Shown one piece after another: positions 16,790-28,534 of a DNA stretch of 40,790 bases (within the stretch, counting starts at the first letter, position 1; each line of letters opens with the position of its first letter). The notes below the pieces were generated by a model, which worked only from the letters and a program-made list of their open reading frames with translations, was not told where the DNA came from and made no database searches. The translations under genes were made by a program, and so were the position numbers. Origin of the DNA: a virus; the UHGV virus genome UHGV-0115898; one strand, written 5' to 3'.

Positions 16790-17300
16790 GTCTGTGCAAC
16801 AGGTAAGAGCATTCTCCCTTATGGGGCTTGGCTTAAATGCACCGAGTGCTCTTACCGTTGTGATGAATGCACAGGCTGATGTGCCGCAACTACAGTAGTG
16901 CGCGCTTTGCGGGGCTTGCTACAACCCTGAGTCGGAGTTCAGCACCGACCATCACAACGCAACGTTAAGAGTATTTGGCTAATTAAGCGAATGCCGGAAG
17001 CAGAACCGGATCACCAAATGCGTACAGGCGTCATCGCCGCCCAGCAACAGCACAACCCAAACTGAGCCGTAGCCACTGGCTATCCTGGATTCATCAGTGA
17101 TAGTTATGCTGCGGCCTTCTACACATGACCTTCGTGAAAGCGGGTGGCATGAGGTTGCGCTAACAACCTCCTGCCGTTTTGCCCGTGCATATCGGTCACG
17201 AACAAATCTGATTACTAAACACAGTAGCCTGGATTTGTTCTATCAGTAATCGACCTTATTCCTAATTAAATAGAGCAAATCCCCTTATTGGGGGTAAGAC

Positions 17301-17624
17301 ATGAAGATGCCAGAAAAACATGACCTGTTAGCCGCCATTCTCGCGGCAAAGGAACAAGGCATCGGGGCAATCCTTGCGTTTGCAATGGCGTACCTTCGCG
17401 GCAGATATAATGGCGGTGCGTTTACAAAAACAGTAATCGACGCAACGATGTGCGCCATTATCGCCTGGTTCATTCGTGACCTTCTCGACTTCGCCGGACT
17501 AAGTAGCAATCTCGCTTATATAACGAGCGTGTTCATCGGATACATCGGTACTGACTCGATTGGTTCGCTTATCAAACGCTTCGCTGCTAAAAAAGCCGGA
17601 GTAGAAGATGGTGGAAATCAATAA
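17301..17624 (+). CDS. S: Class I holin S (S107 antiholin / S105 holin dual-start motif MKM), 107 aa
   Basis: [64 protein letters not shown]... matches lambda S; three TM segments. Confidence 0.97.
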   Translation: MKMPEKHDLLAAILAAKEQGIGAILAFAMAYLRGRYNGGAFTKTVIDATMCAIIAWFIRDLLDFAGLSSNLAYITSVFIGYIGTDSIGSLIKRFAAKKAGVEDGGNQ

Positions 17625-18084
17625 TCAACGTAAGGCGTTCCTCGATATGCTGGCGTGGTCAGAGGGGACTGATAATGGACGGCAGAAAACCAGAAATCAT
17701 GGTTATGACGTCATTGTTGGCGGAGAGCTATTCACTGATTACTCCGATCACCCTCGCAAACTTGTCACGCTAAACCCAAAACTCAAATCAACAGCAGCCG
17801 GGCGCTATCAGCTTCTTTCCCGTTGGTGGGATGCCTACCGCAAGCAGCTTGGCCTGAAAGACTTCTCTCCGAAAAGCCAGGACGCTGTGGCATTGCAACA
17901 GATTAAAGAGCGTGGCGCTTTACCGATGATTGATCGCGGTGATATCCGTCAGGCAATCGACCGTTGCAGCAATATCTGGGCTTCGTTGCCGGGGGCTGGT
18001 TATGGACAGTTCGAGCATAAGGCTGACAGCCTGATTGCAAAATTCAAAGAAGCAGGCGGAACGGTCAGAGAGATTGAGGTATGA
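17608..18084 (+). CDS. R: Endolysin R (lytic transglycosylase), 158 aa
   Basis: [53 protein letters not shown]... matches lambda R. Confidence 0.97.
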   Translation: MVEINNQRKAFLDMLAWSEGTDNGRQKTRNHGYDVIVGGELFTDYSDHPRKLVTLNPKLKSTAAGRYQLLSRWWDAYRKQLGLKDFSPKSQDAVALQQIKERGALPMIDRGDIRQAIDRCSNIWASLPGAGYGQFEHKADSLIAKFKEAGGTVREIEV

Positions 18085-18518
18085 GCAGAGTCACCGCGAT
18101 TATCTCCGCTCTGGTTATCTGCATCATCGTTTGCCTGTCATGGGCTGTTAATCATTACCGTGATAACGCCATCTCCTACAAAGAGCAGCGCGATAAAGCC
18201 ACATCCACAATCGCTGACATGCAGAAGCGTCAACGTGATGTAGCAGAACTTGACGCCAGATACACAAAGGAGCTTGCTGATGCTAACGCGACTATCGAAA
18301 GTCTCCGTGCTGATGTTTCTGCTGGTCGTAAGCGCCTGCAAGTCGCCGCCACCTGTGCAAAGTCAACGACCGGATCCAGCAGCATGGGCGATGGAGAAAG
18401 CCCAAGACTTACAGCAGATGCTGAACTCAATTATTACCGTCTCCGAAGTGGAATCGACAGGATAACCGCGCAGGTTAACTACCTGCAGGAATACATCAGG
18501 ACGCAATGCCTTCGATGA
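18081..18518 (+). CDS. Rz: Spanin inner-membrane subunit Rz (145 aa)
   Basis: N-terminal TM segment [31 protein letters not shown] matches lambda Rz; remainder coiled-coil but diverged. Confidence 0.9.
   Translation: MSRVTAIISALVICIIVCLSWAVNHYRDNAISYKEQRDKATSTIADMQKRQRDVAELDARYTKELADANATIESLRADVSAGRKRLQVAATCAKSTTGSSSMGDGESPRLTADAELNYYRLRSGIDRITAQVNYLQEYIRTQCLR
18280..18465 (+). CDS. Rz1: Spanin outer-membrane lipoprotein Rz1 (61 aa) embedded in the +1 frame of Rz
   Basis: ATG at 18280 preceded by AAGGAG; signal peptide [19 protein letters not shown] with lipobox VSAC; proline-rich mature part [13 protein letters not shown]. Confidence 0.8.
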   Translation: MLTRLSKVSVLMFLLVVSACKSPPPVQSQRPDPAAWAMEKAQDLQQMLNSIITVSEVESTG

Positions 18519-18965
18519 TAGCGATAATTTTACTCATCATCCTTCACATCTGGCTCTGTAGACAGGGTGATGATCACTTCTGGAGTGAATCCAGATTAAA
18601 CATCTCATTGCTGATGCTTGATATTGAGCATCTGGCGCGCAGTAAGGGGCTGCGTTGAGATAAGAGCCAGTTCATTACAAAGCCTATCTACGGGTGGGCT
18701 TGATAATGAAACCGGAATTTATTCTGGGCAACCAGTTACGGCAGTACCGCGGAACAACCCAAGCCAGTAAGTGGGGAAATAACACTGGCAGCCACTGAAA
18801 GATGAACCTCATGCCTTATGGCAAAAAAGATTCTTTGTGGTGGCGGACTGATGGAAAGACATCGGTTATTGCAGAGGCCATTCAATGAGTGGTCTCGATA
18901 ATGGCTTATACCCTACACGGGATAACTTAACTGATATCCCTTTTAACGGATAAACGGAGCCAACA

Positions 18966-19208
18966 ATGGCAGAGATTATTCCCATGACTGAAGAACAGAA
19001 ATTCCAGTTAGAGATTTACAAGCTGGTCATGAACCAGAACGCAGCCGCAGAGGAAGCATTTCAGTTCATTGGCACTGACGAACTGAAGCTTGAGCTATTC
19101 AAAATTCACTTCCAGTCAGGTGGCGCTAATTCAGATATCACGACCCGCACTATCGAAGCGGTGCGTAAATCGAAGGAAGCGTTAGACCTGTTCACTACCG
19201 GAGCATAA
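18966..19208 (+). CDS. Hypothetical protein (80 aa) upstream of terminase
   Basis: ORF with ATG at 18966, immediately precedes the small terminase gene. Confidence 0.5.
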   Translation: MAEIIPMTEEQKFQLEIYKLVMNQNAAAEEAFQFIGTDELKLELFKIHFQSGGANSDITTRTIEAVRKSKEALDLFTTGA

Positions 19209-19210
19209 AC

Positions 19211-19648
19211 ATGGCACGCCCAACAAAGTATCAAGAGGCGTATGCCGAACAGGCACGCAAACTGTGCTTGCTGGGCTACACCGATGCAGAACTTGCTGAT
19301 TTCTTTGAAGTCAGTGAGTCAACTATTAACAAGTGGAAGCTTGATTATCCTAAGTTTTCGGAGTCCATAAAAAAGGGTAAGGCCGTCGCTGATGCAGAAG
19401 TTAGTGATCGTCTTTATCAACGAGCTATGGGCTTCGTGGCTCCAGACATCGATATTCGTGTTATTGAAAACAGAATTGTGGAAACTCCGCTTGAGAAGTA
19501 TTACCCGCCTGATACAACCGCCGCCATCTTCTGGCTTAAGAACCGACAGAAGGATAAATGGCGCGATAAGCAAGAAGTTGAACACACCGGAGAGGTTAAC
19601 CTGATTCAGCGCATTCAGGAGGCCAGAAAACGCGCGAGAGGTGAGTAA
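19211..19648 (+). CDS. Terminase small subunit (145 aa) with N-terminal HTH
   Basis: HTH-like YTDAELADFFEVSESTINKWK; position directly upstream of and overlapping the large terminase start. Confidence 0.75.
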   Translation: MARPTKYQEAYAEQARKLCLLGYTDAELADFFEVSESTINKWKLDYPKFSESIKKGKAVADAEVSDRLYQRAMGFVAPDIDIRVIENRIVETPLEKYYPPDTTAAIFWLKNRQKDKWRDKQEVEHTGEVNLIQRIQEARKRARGE

Positions 19649-21108
19649 TGTCGTCAGAATTCGAGGCAATGCTTGCCGATGATATGGGGCGATTCTTTTA
19701 CGATCCGCTTGGCTTCGTTATGTATGCGTTTGATTGGGGAACTGGTGAGCTTGAGGGCTTTGACGGACCCGATGAATGGCAGAAAGAGTTTCTGACAGAT
19801 TGGGGAGACGCAATCAGGACTAATAACTTCGACGGTGTTAAACCTGTTGAAGCCTATCGTTGCGCTACCAGCTCTGGTCACGGTATCGGTAAAAGTGCTC
19901 TAACTGCCTGGGTCATTCTGTACATCCTCAGCACTCGTCCTTTCTGCAAGGGCGTCGTGACAGCCAATACCTCTGAACAGCTTCGCACCAAAACATGGGG
20001 CGAGCTGGGCAAGTGGAAGAAGCGGTGCATCACTGGTCACTGGTTTGAGTACAACAACGGCAAAGGCAACATGAACATCTACCATGTGGATCACATGGAA
20101 TCATGGCGCTGTGACGGCCAGACGTGTCGGGAAGAGAACAGCGAGTCATTTGCTGGCCTGCATGCAGCTAACTCAAGCCCGTTCTACATCTTCGATGAAG
20201 CCTCAGCGGTTCCTGACAAAATTTGGGAAGTAGCAGAGGGCGGCCTTACTGACGGCGAGCCTTTCTGGTTTGCATTTGGGAACCCGACCCGTAACACCGG
20301 TCGATTCCGAGAGTGCTTCCGCAAGTTCAAACACCGATGGCGTCGACGTCAAATTGATAGCCGCCTGGCAAAGATGACCAACAAAGAGCTCATCGAAGAG
20401 TGGCGCAAGGATTACGGTGAAGACAGCGACTTCTTTAAAGTACGTGTTCGCGGTCTATTCCCATCGACATCAGAAGTCCAGTTCATACCTCAGGCATATG
20501 TGGATGAGGCCATGTCTCGCACGCTTGAGCCCGGGTCTTACACATTCGCATCCAAAATAATCGGCGTTGACCCTGCTTACACAGGTAGTGATGAGGCATC
20601 AATTTACCTTCGCCAGGGTCTTCATGCGCGCCTGCTTGGCACCTACCCGAAAACAGATGACGACGTTAAGTTCGCGCAAATCGTCGCAGGATTTGAGGAT
20701 GAGCATAAGGCAGATGCAGTGTTCATAGACTTCGGGTATGGCACCGGAATTCACTCAATAGGTAGGTCGTGGGGAAGGAAGTGGCAGCTGGTTAACTTTG
20801 GGGGTGAATCCAAAGACCCCGGCATGCTGAACAAGCGCGGTGAGATGTGGAACTCAATGAAGTCATGGCTCAAAGAAGGGGGAAGTATCGATGATCAGCA
20901 AACAGCTGACGAAATCGTTGCTCCTGAGTACAGGGTTAAGCTCGATGGGCGCATCGTCCTTGAGGCCAAAGAGGACATGAAGCGCCGTGGGGTTCCTTCA
21001 CCAAACCGCGCTGATGCGTTAGCCCTGACGTTTGCATTCCCGGTAGTCAAAAACAAACCAACTAAGCCATTGCCGGCTCCAATTCGTCCAATTTCCAGAG
21101 GTAGATAA
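19648..21108 (+). CDS. Terminase large subunit (486 aa)
   Basis: ATPase Walker A-like SSGHGIGKS, Walker B-like FYIFDEAS, C-terminal nuclease region; size and position typical of P22-like TerL. Confidence 0.9.
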   Translation: MSSEFEAMLADDMGRFFYDPLGFVMYAFDWGTGELEGFDGPDEWQKEFLTDWGDAIRTNNFDGVKPVEAYRCATSSGHGIGKSALTAWVILYILSTRPFCKGVVTANTSEQLRTKTWGELGKWKKRCITGHWFEYNNGKGNMNIYHVDHMESWRCDGQTCREENSESFAGLHAANSSPFYIFDEASAVPDKIWEVAEGGLTDGEPFWFAFGNPTRNTGRFRECFRKFKHRWRRRQIDSRLAKMTNKELIEEWRKDYGEDSDFFKVRVRGLFPSTSEVQFIPQAYVDEAMSRTLEPGSYTFASKIIGVDPAYTGSDEASIYLRQGLHARLLGTYPKTDDDVKFAQIVAGFEDEHKADAVFIDFGYGTGIHSIGRSWGRKWQLVNFGGESKDPGMLNKRGEMWNSMKSWLKEGGSIDDQQTADEIVAPEYRVKLDGRIVLEAKEDMKRRGVPSPNRADALALTFAFPVVKNKPTKPLPAPIRPISRGR

Positions 21109-23276
21109 TGGCCGACCAAGACGACAAATTGCGAACCATTCTCCTTCGGTTTGACGCAGACTGGATGGCGAGCGATGAAGCCAGAACCGAGGCGACAAAT
21201 GACCTGTATTTTAGCCGAGTGTCGCAATGGGATGACTGGCTATCAAACTACACCACCCTGCAATATCGCGGACAATTCGATGTTGTTCGCCCGGTGGTCA
21301 GGAAACTGGTCGCAGAGATGCGCCGGAACCCTATCGACGTTCTCTTCCGACCCAAAGACGGCGCTAATCCTGATGCAGCCGATGTGTTGATGGGGATGTA
21401 TCGTACTGATATGCGCCATAACACGGCAAAGATTGCCGTTAACGTTGGCGTTCGTGAGCAGATAGAGTCCGGCGTTGGTGCATGGCGTCTGGTCACACAG
21501 TACGAAGACAACGACCCAACAAGCAACAATCAGGTAATCAGACGCCTGCCAATTCATGAAGCCTGCTCACACGTCATATGGGACGCCAACAGCAAGCAGA
21601 TGGATAAGAGCGACGCTAAGCACTGCACGGTGATTAACGCCTTGTCGCGCAATGGCTGGAAAGAGTTCGCAGAGGATTACGGTATTGATCCGGACACCTT
21701 GCCATCTTTCCAGAATCCGAACGATACATGGCTGTTTCCGTGGGTATCGAATGATGTCGTCTACGTCGCTGAGTATTACGAGGTCGAAGAGAAGAAAGAG
21801 AAGGTCTTCATCTACCGCGACCCGCTGACAGGTGAGCCGGTCAGCTATTACCAGCAGGATATCAAAGACGTCATCGACGACCTGGCTAATCGTGGATTCA
21901 TTAAGGTAGCAGAGCGTAAGGTCAAGCGTCGGCGTGTGTATAAGTCGATCATCACCTGCACGCAGATACTGAAAGACCGCGAGAAGATAGCCGGAGAGCA
22001 TATTCCAATCGTTCCAGTGTATGGCGAATGGTCATTCGCTGGTGACAAGGAGTGCTACGAAGGAGTGGTAAGGCTGACGAAAGACGGTCAGCGCCTTCGT
22101 AACATGATCATGTCGTTCAACGCCGATATCGTTGCTCGTTCACCGAAGAAGAAACCGACCTTCTTCCCTGAGCAAATCGAAGGCTACGAATACATGTACG
22201 GTGGAAATGATGACTATCCGTACTATCTGCAGAACAGGACCGATGAAAACGGTAACGACCTGCCGATTGGTCCAATCTCCTACATGGAAAACCCTGAAGT
22301 GCCGCAAGCCAACGCTTACATGCTTGAGGCTGCCACCAACGCAGTGAAAGAGGTGGCTAGTCTTGGCGTTGATGCGCAGGCGGCAAATGGTCAGGTCGCT
22401 TTCGATACCGTCAATCAACTGAACATGCGGGCAGACCTTGAGACATACGTGTTTCAGGATAACCTGGCTACCGCAATGCGACGTGATGGCGAGATTTATG
22501 CCTCAATGGTCAACGATATTTATGACGTTCCTCGCCATGTAACGCTGACTCTTGAAGACGGAAGCGAGAAAGACGTTCAACTCTATGCGCAAGTTGTCGA
22601 TTACCAGTCCGGCAATGTGGTCACACTCAACGACATTCGCGGTCGCTATGAGTGCTATACAGACGTAGGACCATCCTTCCAGAGTATGAAGGAACAGAAC
22701 CGCGCAGAGATTCAGGAGTTGCTCACCAAGGTTCCGCAAGGTACTCCAGAGTTCCAGATGCTGATGCTGCAATACTTCACGCTGCTTGACGGTAAAGGCG
22801 TCGAGATGATGCGAGAGTACGCGAACAAGCAACTGGTGATGATGGGGCTGAAGAAGCCAGAAACACCTGAAGAGATGGAGATGGTACAGCAGGCTCAACA
22901 GCAGCCGCAGCAGCCATCAGCAGAGCAAATTCAGGCGCAGGGTATCCTTCTGCAAGGTCAGGCTGAATTGCTCAAGGCAGAGAACCAACAGGCGCAGATT
23001 CAGGTTGAAGCCGCCAAGGTTGAAGCCCAAAACCAACTCAACGCCGCGAAGATTGCGGAAATCTTCAACAATATGGACCTCGACAAGCAGGCAGAACTGC
23101 GTGAGTACCTCAAGCTCGTAGGTCAATTCCAGCAACAGCGCAGCAAAGATGCTCGTGCTAACGCTGAGCTGCTTCTTAAAGATGCAGACCAGACTCATTC
23201 ACAACGCATGGATTTCGCGAATCTTATGCGTCAAGTTCAAATCCCCTCCGGCGGAGTAGCCGAGACACCTCAATAA
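21108..23276 (+). CDS. Portal protein, P22 gp1-like (722 aa)
   Basis: Extensive match to the P22 portal from memory ([14 protein letters not shown]...[12 protein letters not shown]...[31 protein letters not shown]...), glutamine-rich C-terminal barrel region. Confidence 0.95.
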   Translation: MADQDDKLRTILLRFDADWMASDEARTEATNDLYFSRVSQWDDWLSNYTTLQYRGQFDVVRPVVRKLVAEMRRNPIDVLFRPKDGANPDAADVLMGMYRTDMRHNTAKIAVNVGVREQIESGVGAWRLVTQYEDNDPTSNNQVIRRLPIHEACSHVIWDANSKQMDKSDAKHCTVINALSRNGWKEFAEDYGIDPDTLPSFQNPNDTWLFPWVSNDVVYVAEYYEVEEKKEKVFIYRDPLTGEPVSYYQQDIKDVIDDLANRGFIKVAERKVKRRRVYKSIITCTQILKDREKIAGEHIPIVPVYGEWSFAGDKECYEGVVRLTKDGQRLRNMIMSFNADIVARSPKKKPTFFPEQIEGYEYMYGGNDDYPYYLQNRTDENGNDLPIGPISYMENPEVPQANAYMLEAATNAVKEVASLGVDAQAANGQVAFDTVNQLNMRADLETYVFQDNLATAMRRDGEIYASMVNDIYDVPRHVTLTLEDGSEKDVQLYAQVVDYQSGNVVTLNDIRGRYECYTDVGPSFQSMKEQNRAEIQELLTKVPQGTPEFQMLMLQYFTLLDGKGVEMMREYANKQLVMMGLKKPETPEEMEMVQQAQQQPQQPSAEQIQAQGILLQGQAELLKAENQQAQIQVEAAKVEAQNQLNAAKIAEIFNNMDLDKQAELREYLKLVGQFQQQRSKDARANAELLLKDADQTHSQRMDFANLMRQVQIPSGGVAETPQ

Positions 23277-23289
23277 GAGAGAGTTAACC

Positions 23290-24201
23290 ATGGACCAAAC
23301 CACCGACATTCAGGCTTCTGAAGAATTAACCCTGCCCGGCAATCATGCAGCGGCATCTGCTGATGGCTTAGTTGTCGATAATGCCAACGACATCGCAGGT
23401 CAGGAAGAAGGCTTCGAGATTGTCCTGAAAGACGATGAGAAACCAAAACAAGACCCGGCAACTAATGCTGAATTTGCCCGTCGCCGCATCGAACGCAAAC
23501 GCCAGCGTGAGCTTGAGCAACAGATGGAAGCGGTTAAGCGTGGAGAGTTGCCGGAGCACCTGCGGGTGAACCCTGAGTTACCAAAACAACCAGACCCTAA
23601 CGATTATCTTTCCGAAGATGCACTGGCTAAGTACGACTATGACCAGAGCCGCGCACTGGCTGCCTTCCAGCAGGCAAATAGTGAATGGCAGATCAAGGCT
23701 ATGGACGCACGAAGCCAGGCTGTCGCCGAGCAGGGTCGCAAAACTCAGGAGTTCACCCAGCAATCAGCGCAATACGTCGAGGCAGCCCGTAAGCACTACG
23801 ACGCAGCGGAAAAGCTCAATATCCCTGACTATCAGGAGAAAGAGGATGCATTCATGCAACTGGTGCCGCCAGCAGTCGGTGCCGACATCATGCGCCTCTT
23901 CCCGGAGAAATCCGCTGCTCTCATGTATCACCTTGGTGCTAATCCTGAGAAAACACGCCAGTTGCTGGCGATGGACGGGCAATCCGCGCTGATTGAACTC
24001 ACTCGACTGTCAGAACGTTTAACTCTCAAGCCTCGAGCCAAACCTGTTTCAGAAGCCCCGCTACCTGATGAACCCATTCAGGGACACGCTGTTGCTGCAA
24101 ATATATCTGCGATTGAAAAGCAGATGGAAGCGGCAGCAAACAAAGGGGATGTAGAGACATACCGCAAGCTCAAGGCGCAACTGAATAAAGGAATTCGATA
24201 A
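23290..24201 (+). CDS. Scaffolding protein, P22 gp8-like (303 aa)
   Basis: Acidic, helical 303-aa protein between portal and coat; same length and position as P22 gp8. Confidence 0.85.
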   Translation: MDQTTDIQASEELTLPGNHAAASADGLVVDNANDIAGQEEGFEIVLKDDEKPKQDPATNAEFARRRIERKRQRELEQQMEAVKRGELPEHLRVNPELPKQPDPNDYLSEDALAKYDYDQSRALAAFQQANSEWQIKAMDARSQAVAEQGRKTQEFTQQSAQYVEAARKHYDAAEKLNIPDYQEKEDAFMQLVPPAVGADIMRLFPEKSAALMYHLGANPEKTRQLLAMDGQSALIELTRLSERLTLKPRAKPVSEAPLPDEPIQGHAVAANISAIEKQMEAAANKGDVETYRKLKAQLNKGIR

Positions 24202-25496
24202 TGGCATTAAATGAAGGTCAACTGGTCACGTATGCTCTGGATGAAATCATCGAAACCGTCCAGAACCTGACGCCAATGGCGTCCAAAGTGACAAAATACA
24301 CCCCTCCGGCAGAATCCATGCAACGTTCAAGCAACACCGTGTGGATGCCTGTTGAGCAGGAAGCGCCAACTCAGACTGGCTGGGATTTAACTGGCAACGC
24401 TACCGGGATTCTGGAACTCTCCGTGAAATGCAACATGGGCGATCCGGATAACGATTTCTTCGAGCTTCGTGCAGATGACCTGCGTGATGAGCGTTCTTAC
24501 CGTCGCCGCATCCAGGCATCCGCCAAAAAACTGGCGAATAACATTGAGTCAGCAATTGCCAAACAGGCAACTGAAATGGGCTCGCTTGTTGTTCACGATA
24601 CCCGCGCAATTGGTCCATCTACTGGCCTGTCTGGCTGGGATTTTGTGTCTGATGCAGAGCGCCTGATGTTCTCCCGTGAGCTAAACCGCGATATGGGCAT
24701 CAGTTACTTCCTGAACCCTGACGATTACCGCAAAGCAGGCCGCAACCTGGTAGATGGTGACATCTTCGGTCGCGTTCCTGAAGAAGCGTATCGCAACGGT
24801 ACTATTCAGCGTCAGATTGCTGGCTTTGATGAAATTCTTCGCTCACCGAAACTTCCGGCAGTTACCAAGTCAACCGCTACTGGTGTAACTGTTTCTGGTG
24901 CGCAGAAGTTTAAGCCGCAGGCATACACTCTTGATACCGATGGTAACAAAGAGAACGTCGACAACCGTGTTGCAACGGTGACCGTATCCTCCACCACCGG
25001 GTTTAAGCGCGGCGACAAAATCAGCTTCACTGGTGTGAAATTCCTGTCTCAGATGGCGAAGAACGTGCTGACTGATGATGCTACTTTCTCAATCACCCGT
25101 GTGATCGATGGTACTCACATCGAAATCACGCCGAAGCCGATTGCACTGGATGACGCGTCACTGACAAAAGAAGAGAAGGCTTACGCTAACGTAAACACCT
25201 CTCTTGCTGATACCACTCCGGTAAACGTTCTGAACGTGGCAACAACCACCGCTAACGTGTTCTGGGCTGATGACTCAATCCGCCTGCTGTCTCAGCCGAT
25301 CCCGGTAACCCATGAACTGTTTGCTGGCATGAAAACGTCTTCCTTCAGCATTCCTGGTATTGGTGTTAACGGCATCTTCGCAACGCAGGGTGATATCAAC
25401 ACTCTGTCTGGTAAGTGCCGTATTGCTGTGTGGTATTCAGCATGTGCTGTACGACCAGAGGCAATTGGTGTTGGTCTGCCTAACCAGACCGCGTGA
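24201..25496 (+). CDS. Major capsid (coat) protein, P22 gp5-like (431 aa)
   Basis: Match to P22 coat from memory (MALNEGQ...DEIIET...[20 protein letters not shown]...[13 protein letters not shown]). Confidence 0.95.
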   Translation: MALNEGQLVTYALDEIIETVQNLTPMASKVTKYTPPAESMQRSSNTVWMPVEQEAPTQTGWDLTGNATGILELSVKCNMGDPDNDFFELRADDLRDERSYRRRIQASAKKLANNIESAIAKQATEMGSLVVHDTRAIGPSTGLSGWDFVSDAERLMFSRELNRDMGISYFLNPDDYRKAGRNLVDGDIFGRVPEEAYRNGTIQRQIAGFDEILRSPKLPAVTKSTATGVTVSGAQKFKPQAYTLDTDGNKENVDNRVATVTVSSTTGFKRGDKISFTGVKFLSQMAKNVLTDDATFSITRVIDGTHIEITPKPIALDDASLTKEEKAYANVNTSLADTTPVNVLNVATTTANVFWADDSIRLLSQPIPVTHELFAGMKTSSFSIPGIGVNGIFATQGDINTLSGKCRIAVWYSACAVRPEAIGVGLPNQTA

Positions 25497-25502
25497 TAAC
25501 CA

Positions 25503-25529
25503 AAGGGAGCTTCGGCTCCCTTTTTTATC
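25503..25529 (+). terminator. Intrinsic terminator after coat gene
   Basis: AGGGAGC-ttcg-GCTCCCT hairpin followed by TTTTTTAT, beginning 7 nt after the coat stop. Confidence 0.8.
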
Positions 25530-25540
25530 TGGAGACAAGC

Positions 25541-25789
25541 ATGACACACATGATCTTTCGTCATGGCGACATGAAGAAATGGAAAGGCGTTGGATACGAC
25601 TTTGAAATCGTGAAAGCCGAAGAGCTTCAGGAATATCTGGATGCTGGCTGGTTTGCACATCCTGATGATCTTCTGAAGGATGTTGCAGAGCCAGAGCCAG
25701 AGCCAGAGCCAGAGCCAGAAGAAAAACAGCGTAAAAAGCCTGGTCGAAAACCTAAGGCGGCAGCAGATGAACCTGACAACGAAGGGTGA
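25541..25789 (+). CDS. Hypothetical small protein (82 aa) with an internal (EP)5 repeat and a basic C-terminus
   Basis: ATG at 25541 preceded by GGAGA; contains [11 protein letters not shown] encoded by a hexanucleotide tandem repeat; 3' end overlaps the gp4 start. Confidence 0.55.
   Translation: MTHMIFRHGDMKKWKGVGYDFEIVKAEELQEYLDAGWFAHPDDLLKDVAEPEPEPEPEPEEKQRKKPGRKPKAAADEPDNEG
25687..25716. repeat. Hexanucleotide tandem repeat (agagcc) x5
   Basis: Five perfect tandem units read directly in the sequence. Confidence 0.9.
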
Positions 25790-26267
25790 TTTAGTCCTTG
25801 CGGCATTACGTAAGCTCGGTGTGGCATCAAATGCCACGTTAACCGATGTCGAACCGCAGTCCATGGAAGACGGCGTCAATGACCTTGAAATGATGATGGC
25901 TGAATGGCTTGGCGGTGATGTGTCACCTGGTATCAACGTTGGCTACATTTTTGCTGATGCAGATGTCGCTCCGGATCCGGGCGATGAGCACGGTTTATCA
26001 AATAACGCTATCAATTCTGTCATTTTCAACCTTGCCTGCCGAATTGCTCCGGATTATGCGCTGGAAGCCTCTGCAAAACTTATAACCACTGCCAGATACG
26101 GGAAAGAGAGACTCGTCAAACTGTCTGCAATGGACAGAGCAAAAGCCGCTAAATGTAAGTCCGGTTATCCAAACCGTATGCCTGTTGGTAGCGGTAACCA
26201 GTTGGCGAAGTGGAACGGTTGGAATTACTTCCACCATAAGGAACCTTGCGATAACGGGAGCGAATAA
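25767..26267 (+). CDS. Head completion / tail adaptor protein, P22 gp4-like (166 aa)
   Basis: [42 protein letters not shown]...[13 protein letters not shown] matches P22 gp4; ATG at 25767 (ORF-track start at 25680 is an extension). Confidence 0.9.
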   Translation: MNLTTKGDLVLAALRKLGVASNATLTDVEPQSMEDGVNDLEMMMAEWLGGDVSPGINVGYIFADADVAPDPGDEHGLSNNAINSVIFNLACRIAPDYALEASAKLITTARYGKERLVKLSAMDRAKAAKCKSGYPNRMPVGSGNQLAKWNGWNYFHHKEPCDNGSE

Positions 26268-27686
26268 ATGCCAATTCAGCAACTTCCGCTTATGAAAGGT
26301 GTCGGAAAAGACTTCCGAAACGCCGACTATATCGACTATCTGCCAGTGAATATGCTGGCTACACCCAAAGAAATCCTGAACAGCAGCGGATATCTTCGCT
26401 CATTCCCGGGCATTGCCAAACGTTCTGATGTGAACGGTGTATCTCGCGGCGTTGAGTACAACATGGCGCAGAATGCTGTTTATCGCGTATGTGGTGGCAA
26501 GCTGTATAAGGGCGAAAGTGAAGTCGGTGATGTTGCCGGAAGTGGTCGTGTATCAATGGCGCATGGTCGCACATCTCAGGCGGTAGGCGTTAATGGTCAA
26601 CTGGTCGAGTATCGCTATGATGGCACGGTTAAAACCGTCTCAAACTGGCCTACAGACAGCGGATTCACGCAGTATGAGTTAGGCTCAGTCCGCGACATTA
26701 CACGCTTACGTGGGCGTTATGCGTGGTCAAAAGACGGCACTGATTCATGGTTTATCACTGACCTTGAAGACGAATCGCATCCTGACCGTTACAGCGCACA
26801 ATATCGCGCAGAATCGCAGCCGGACGGCATCATCGGTATCGGCACATGGCGAGACTTCATCGTCTGCTTTGGTTCATCGACGATTGAATATTTCTCCCTG
26901 ACTGGCGCAACCACAGTTGGTGCCGCTTTGTATGTCGCCCAGCCATCGTTAATGGTGCAGAAAGGCATTGCCGGGACTTACTGCAAAACGCCGTTTGCTG
27001 ATTCCTATGCGTTTATCAGCAATCCGGCAACGGGTGCGCCGTCTGTATACATTATCGGCTCCGGTCAGGTGTCACCAATCGCCAGCGCGAGCATTGAGAA
27101 AATTCTCCGCTCCTACACTGCTGATGAACTGGCTGATGGTGTGATGGAGTCTCTGCGATTTGATGCGCATGAGCTGCTGATTATCCACCTTCCGCGCCAT
27201 GTTCTCGTGTACGACGCATCTTCAAGCGCCAATGGTCCGCAATGGTGTGTGTTGAAAACTGGCTTGTATGACGATGTGTACCGCGCTATCGACTTCATTT
27301 ACGAAGGCAATCAGATAACGTGCGGCGATAAGCTGGAATCGGTTACCGGCAAATTGCAGTTCGATATCAGCAGCCAGTACGACAAGCAGCAGGAACACCT
27401 GCTGTTTACTCCGTTGTTCAAAGCGGATAACGCCAGATGCTTCGATCTGGAGGTGGAATCATCCACTGGCGTAGCTCAGTACGCCGACCGCCTGTTCCTC
27501 TCGTCAACCACTGATGGCATCAATTACGGGCGTGAGCAGATGATTGAGCAGAATGAACCGTTCGTTTATGACAAACGTGTTTTGTGGAAGCGAGTCGGGC
27601 GCATCAGGAAAAATGTCGGCTTCAAATTGCGCGTTATCACGAAGTCACCTGTCACTCTGTCTGGCTGCCAGATAAGGATTGAGTAA
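26268..27686 (+). CDS. Tail accessory protein, P22 gp10-like (472 aa)
   Basis: Same length and gene order as P22 gp10. Confidence 0.85.
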   Translation: MPIQQLPLMKGVGKDFRNADYIDYLPVNMLATPKEILNSSGYLRSFPGIAKRSDVNGVSRGVEYNMAQNAVYRVCGGKLYKGESEVGDVAGSGRVSMAHGRTSQAVGVNGQLVEYRYDGTVKTVSNWPTDSGFTQYELGSVRDITRLRGRYAWSKDGTDSWFITDLEDESHPDRYSAQYRAESQPDGIIGIGTWRDFIVCFGSSTIEYFSLTGATTVGAALYVAQPSLMVQKGIAGTYCKTPFADSYAFISNPATGAPSVYIIGSGQVSPIASASIEKILRSYTADELADGVMESLRFDAHELLIIHLPRHVLVYDASSSANGPQWCVLKTGLYDDVYRAIDFIYEGNQITCGDKLESVTGKLQFDISSQYDKQQEHLLFTPLFKADNARCFDLEVESSTGVAQYADRLFLSSTTDGINYGREQMIEQNEPFVYDKRVLWKRVGRIRKNVGFKLRVITKSPVTLSGCQIRIE

Positions 27687-28534
27687 TGGCGGATTCAAAT
27701 CTCAATGTGCCGGTAATCATTCAGGCTACACGGCTCGACACATCAGTCCTTCCACGCAATATCTTCTCGCAGTCGTATCTGCTTTACGTTATCGCACAGG
27801 GTACTGATGTTGGTAACGTGGCGAACAAGGCCAACGAGGCCGGACAGGGCGCTTATGATGCACAAGTCAGGAACGATGAGCAGGATGTGATTCTCGCTGA
27901 CCATGAGCAGCGAATTTCTGCTGCGGAAGCAACGCTTGTTAATCATGAGGAGCGAATCAGCCAGGCAGAATCAACTCTTCAGGAACATGAAACACGAATA
28001 GCTCAGAATGAAAGCGATATTGCGTCGCTTGATACCAGAGTTCAGTCGCTGGAATCGCAGGTTTCAGACCATGAAACGCGCATCGATGCTCTGGAGTATG
28101 CCACTACTCGCAAGAAGTCAGAGGTTGTTTACTCTGGCGTATCTGTCACCATACCGACAGCGCCGACCAACCTTGTTAGCCTGCTGAAAACGCTCACGCC
28201 GTCATCCGGCTCGTTGGCACCATTCTTCGACACAGTTAACAACAAGATAGTTGTGTTCAACGAGAACAAAACCTTGTTCTTCAAGCTGTCTATCGTCGGG
28301 ACGTGGCCCAGCGGAACCGCCAACAGGTCAATGCAGCTAACCTTTTCAGGCTCTGTTCCTGACACACTGGTAAGCAGTCGTAATGCGGCGACAACAACCG
28401 ACAACATCCTGTTAGCTACGTTCTTCAGCGTGGATAAAGACGGATTTCTTGCCACAAATGGCAGTACGTTAACCATCCAGTCAAATGGTGCGGCGTTTAC
28501 TGCCACAACCATCAAGATAATCGCGGAGCAGTGA
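27686..28534 (+). CDS. Tail needle, P22 gp26-like N-terminus with a longer, different C-terminal region (282 aa)
   Basis: N-terminal 60 aa match P22 gp26 ([29 protein letters not shown]...[24 protein letters not shown]); heptad-repeat central coil; C-terminal ~120 aa beta-rich and unlike P22. Confidence 0.85.
   Translation: MADSNLNVPVIIQATRLDTSVLPRNIFSQSYLLYVIAQGTDVGNVANKANEAGQGAYDAQVRNDEQDVILADHEQRISAAEATLVNHEERISQAESTLQEHETRIAQNESDIASLDTRVQSLESQVSDHETRIDALEYATTRKKSEVVYSGVSVTIPTAPTNLVSLLKTLTPSSGSLAPFFDTVNNKIVVFNENKTLFFKLSIVGTWPSGTANRSMQLTFSGSVPDTLVSSRNAATTTDNILLATFFSVDKDGFLATNGSTLTIQSNGAAFTATTIKIIAEQ

Noticed and set aside
21567-22898. Minus-strand ORFs of 131 to 144 aa inside the portal gene
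   Set aside because: Antisense to the portal gene, which matches P22 gp1 along its length.
25687-25716. Possible CRISPR array or other repeat locus
   Set aside because: Only a 6-bp unit repeated five times inside a coding sequence; no spacers and no cas genes. No CRISPR array is present in the window.
25292-25936. 214-aa minus-strand ORF spanning the coat 3' end, the EP-repeat gene and the gp4 start, containing LWLWLWLW
   Set aside because: Antisense to three supported plus-strand genes and crossing a plus-strand terminator; the LW repeat is just the reverse reading of the hexanucleotide repeat.
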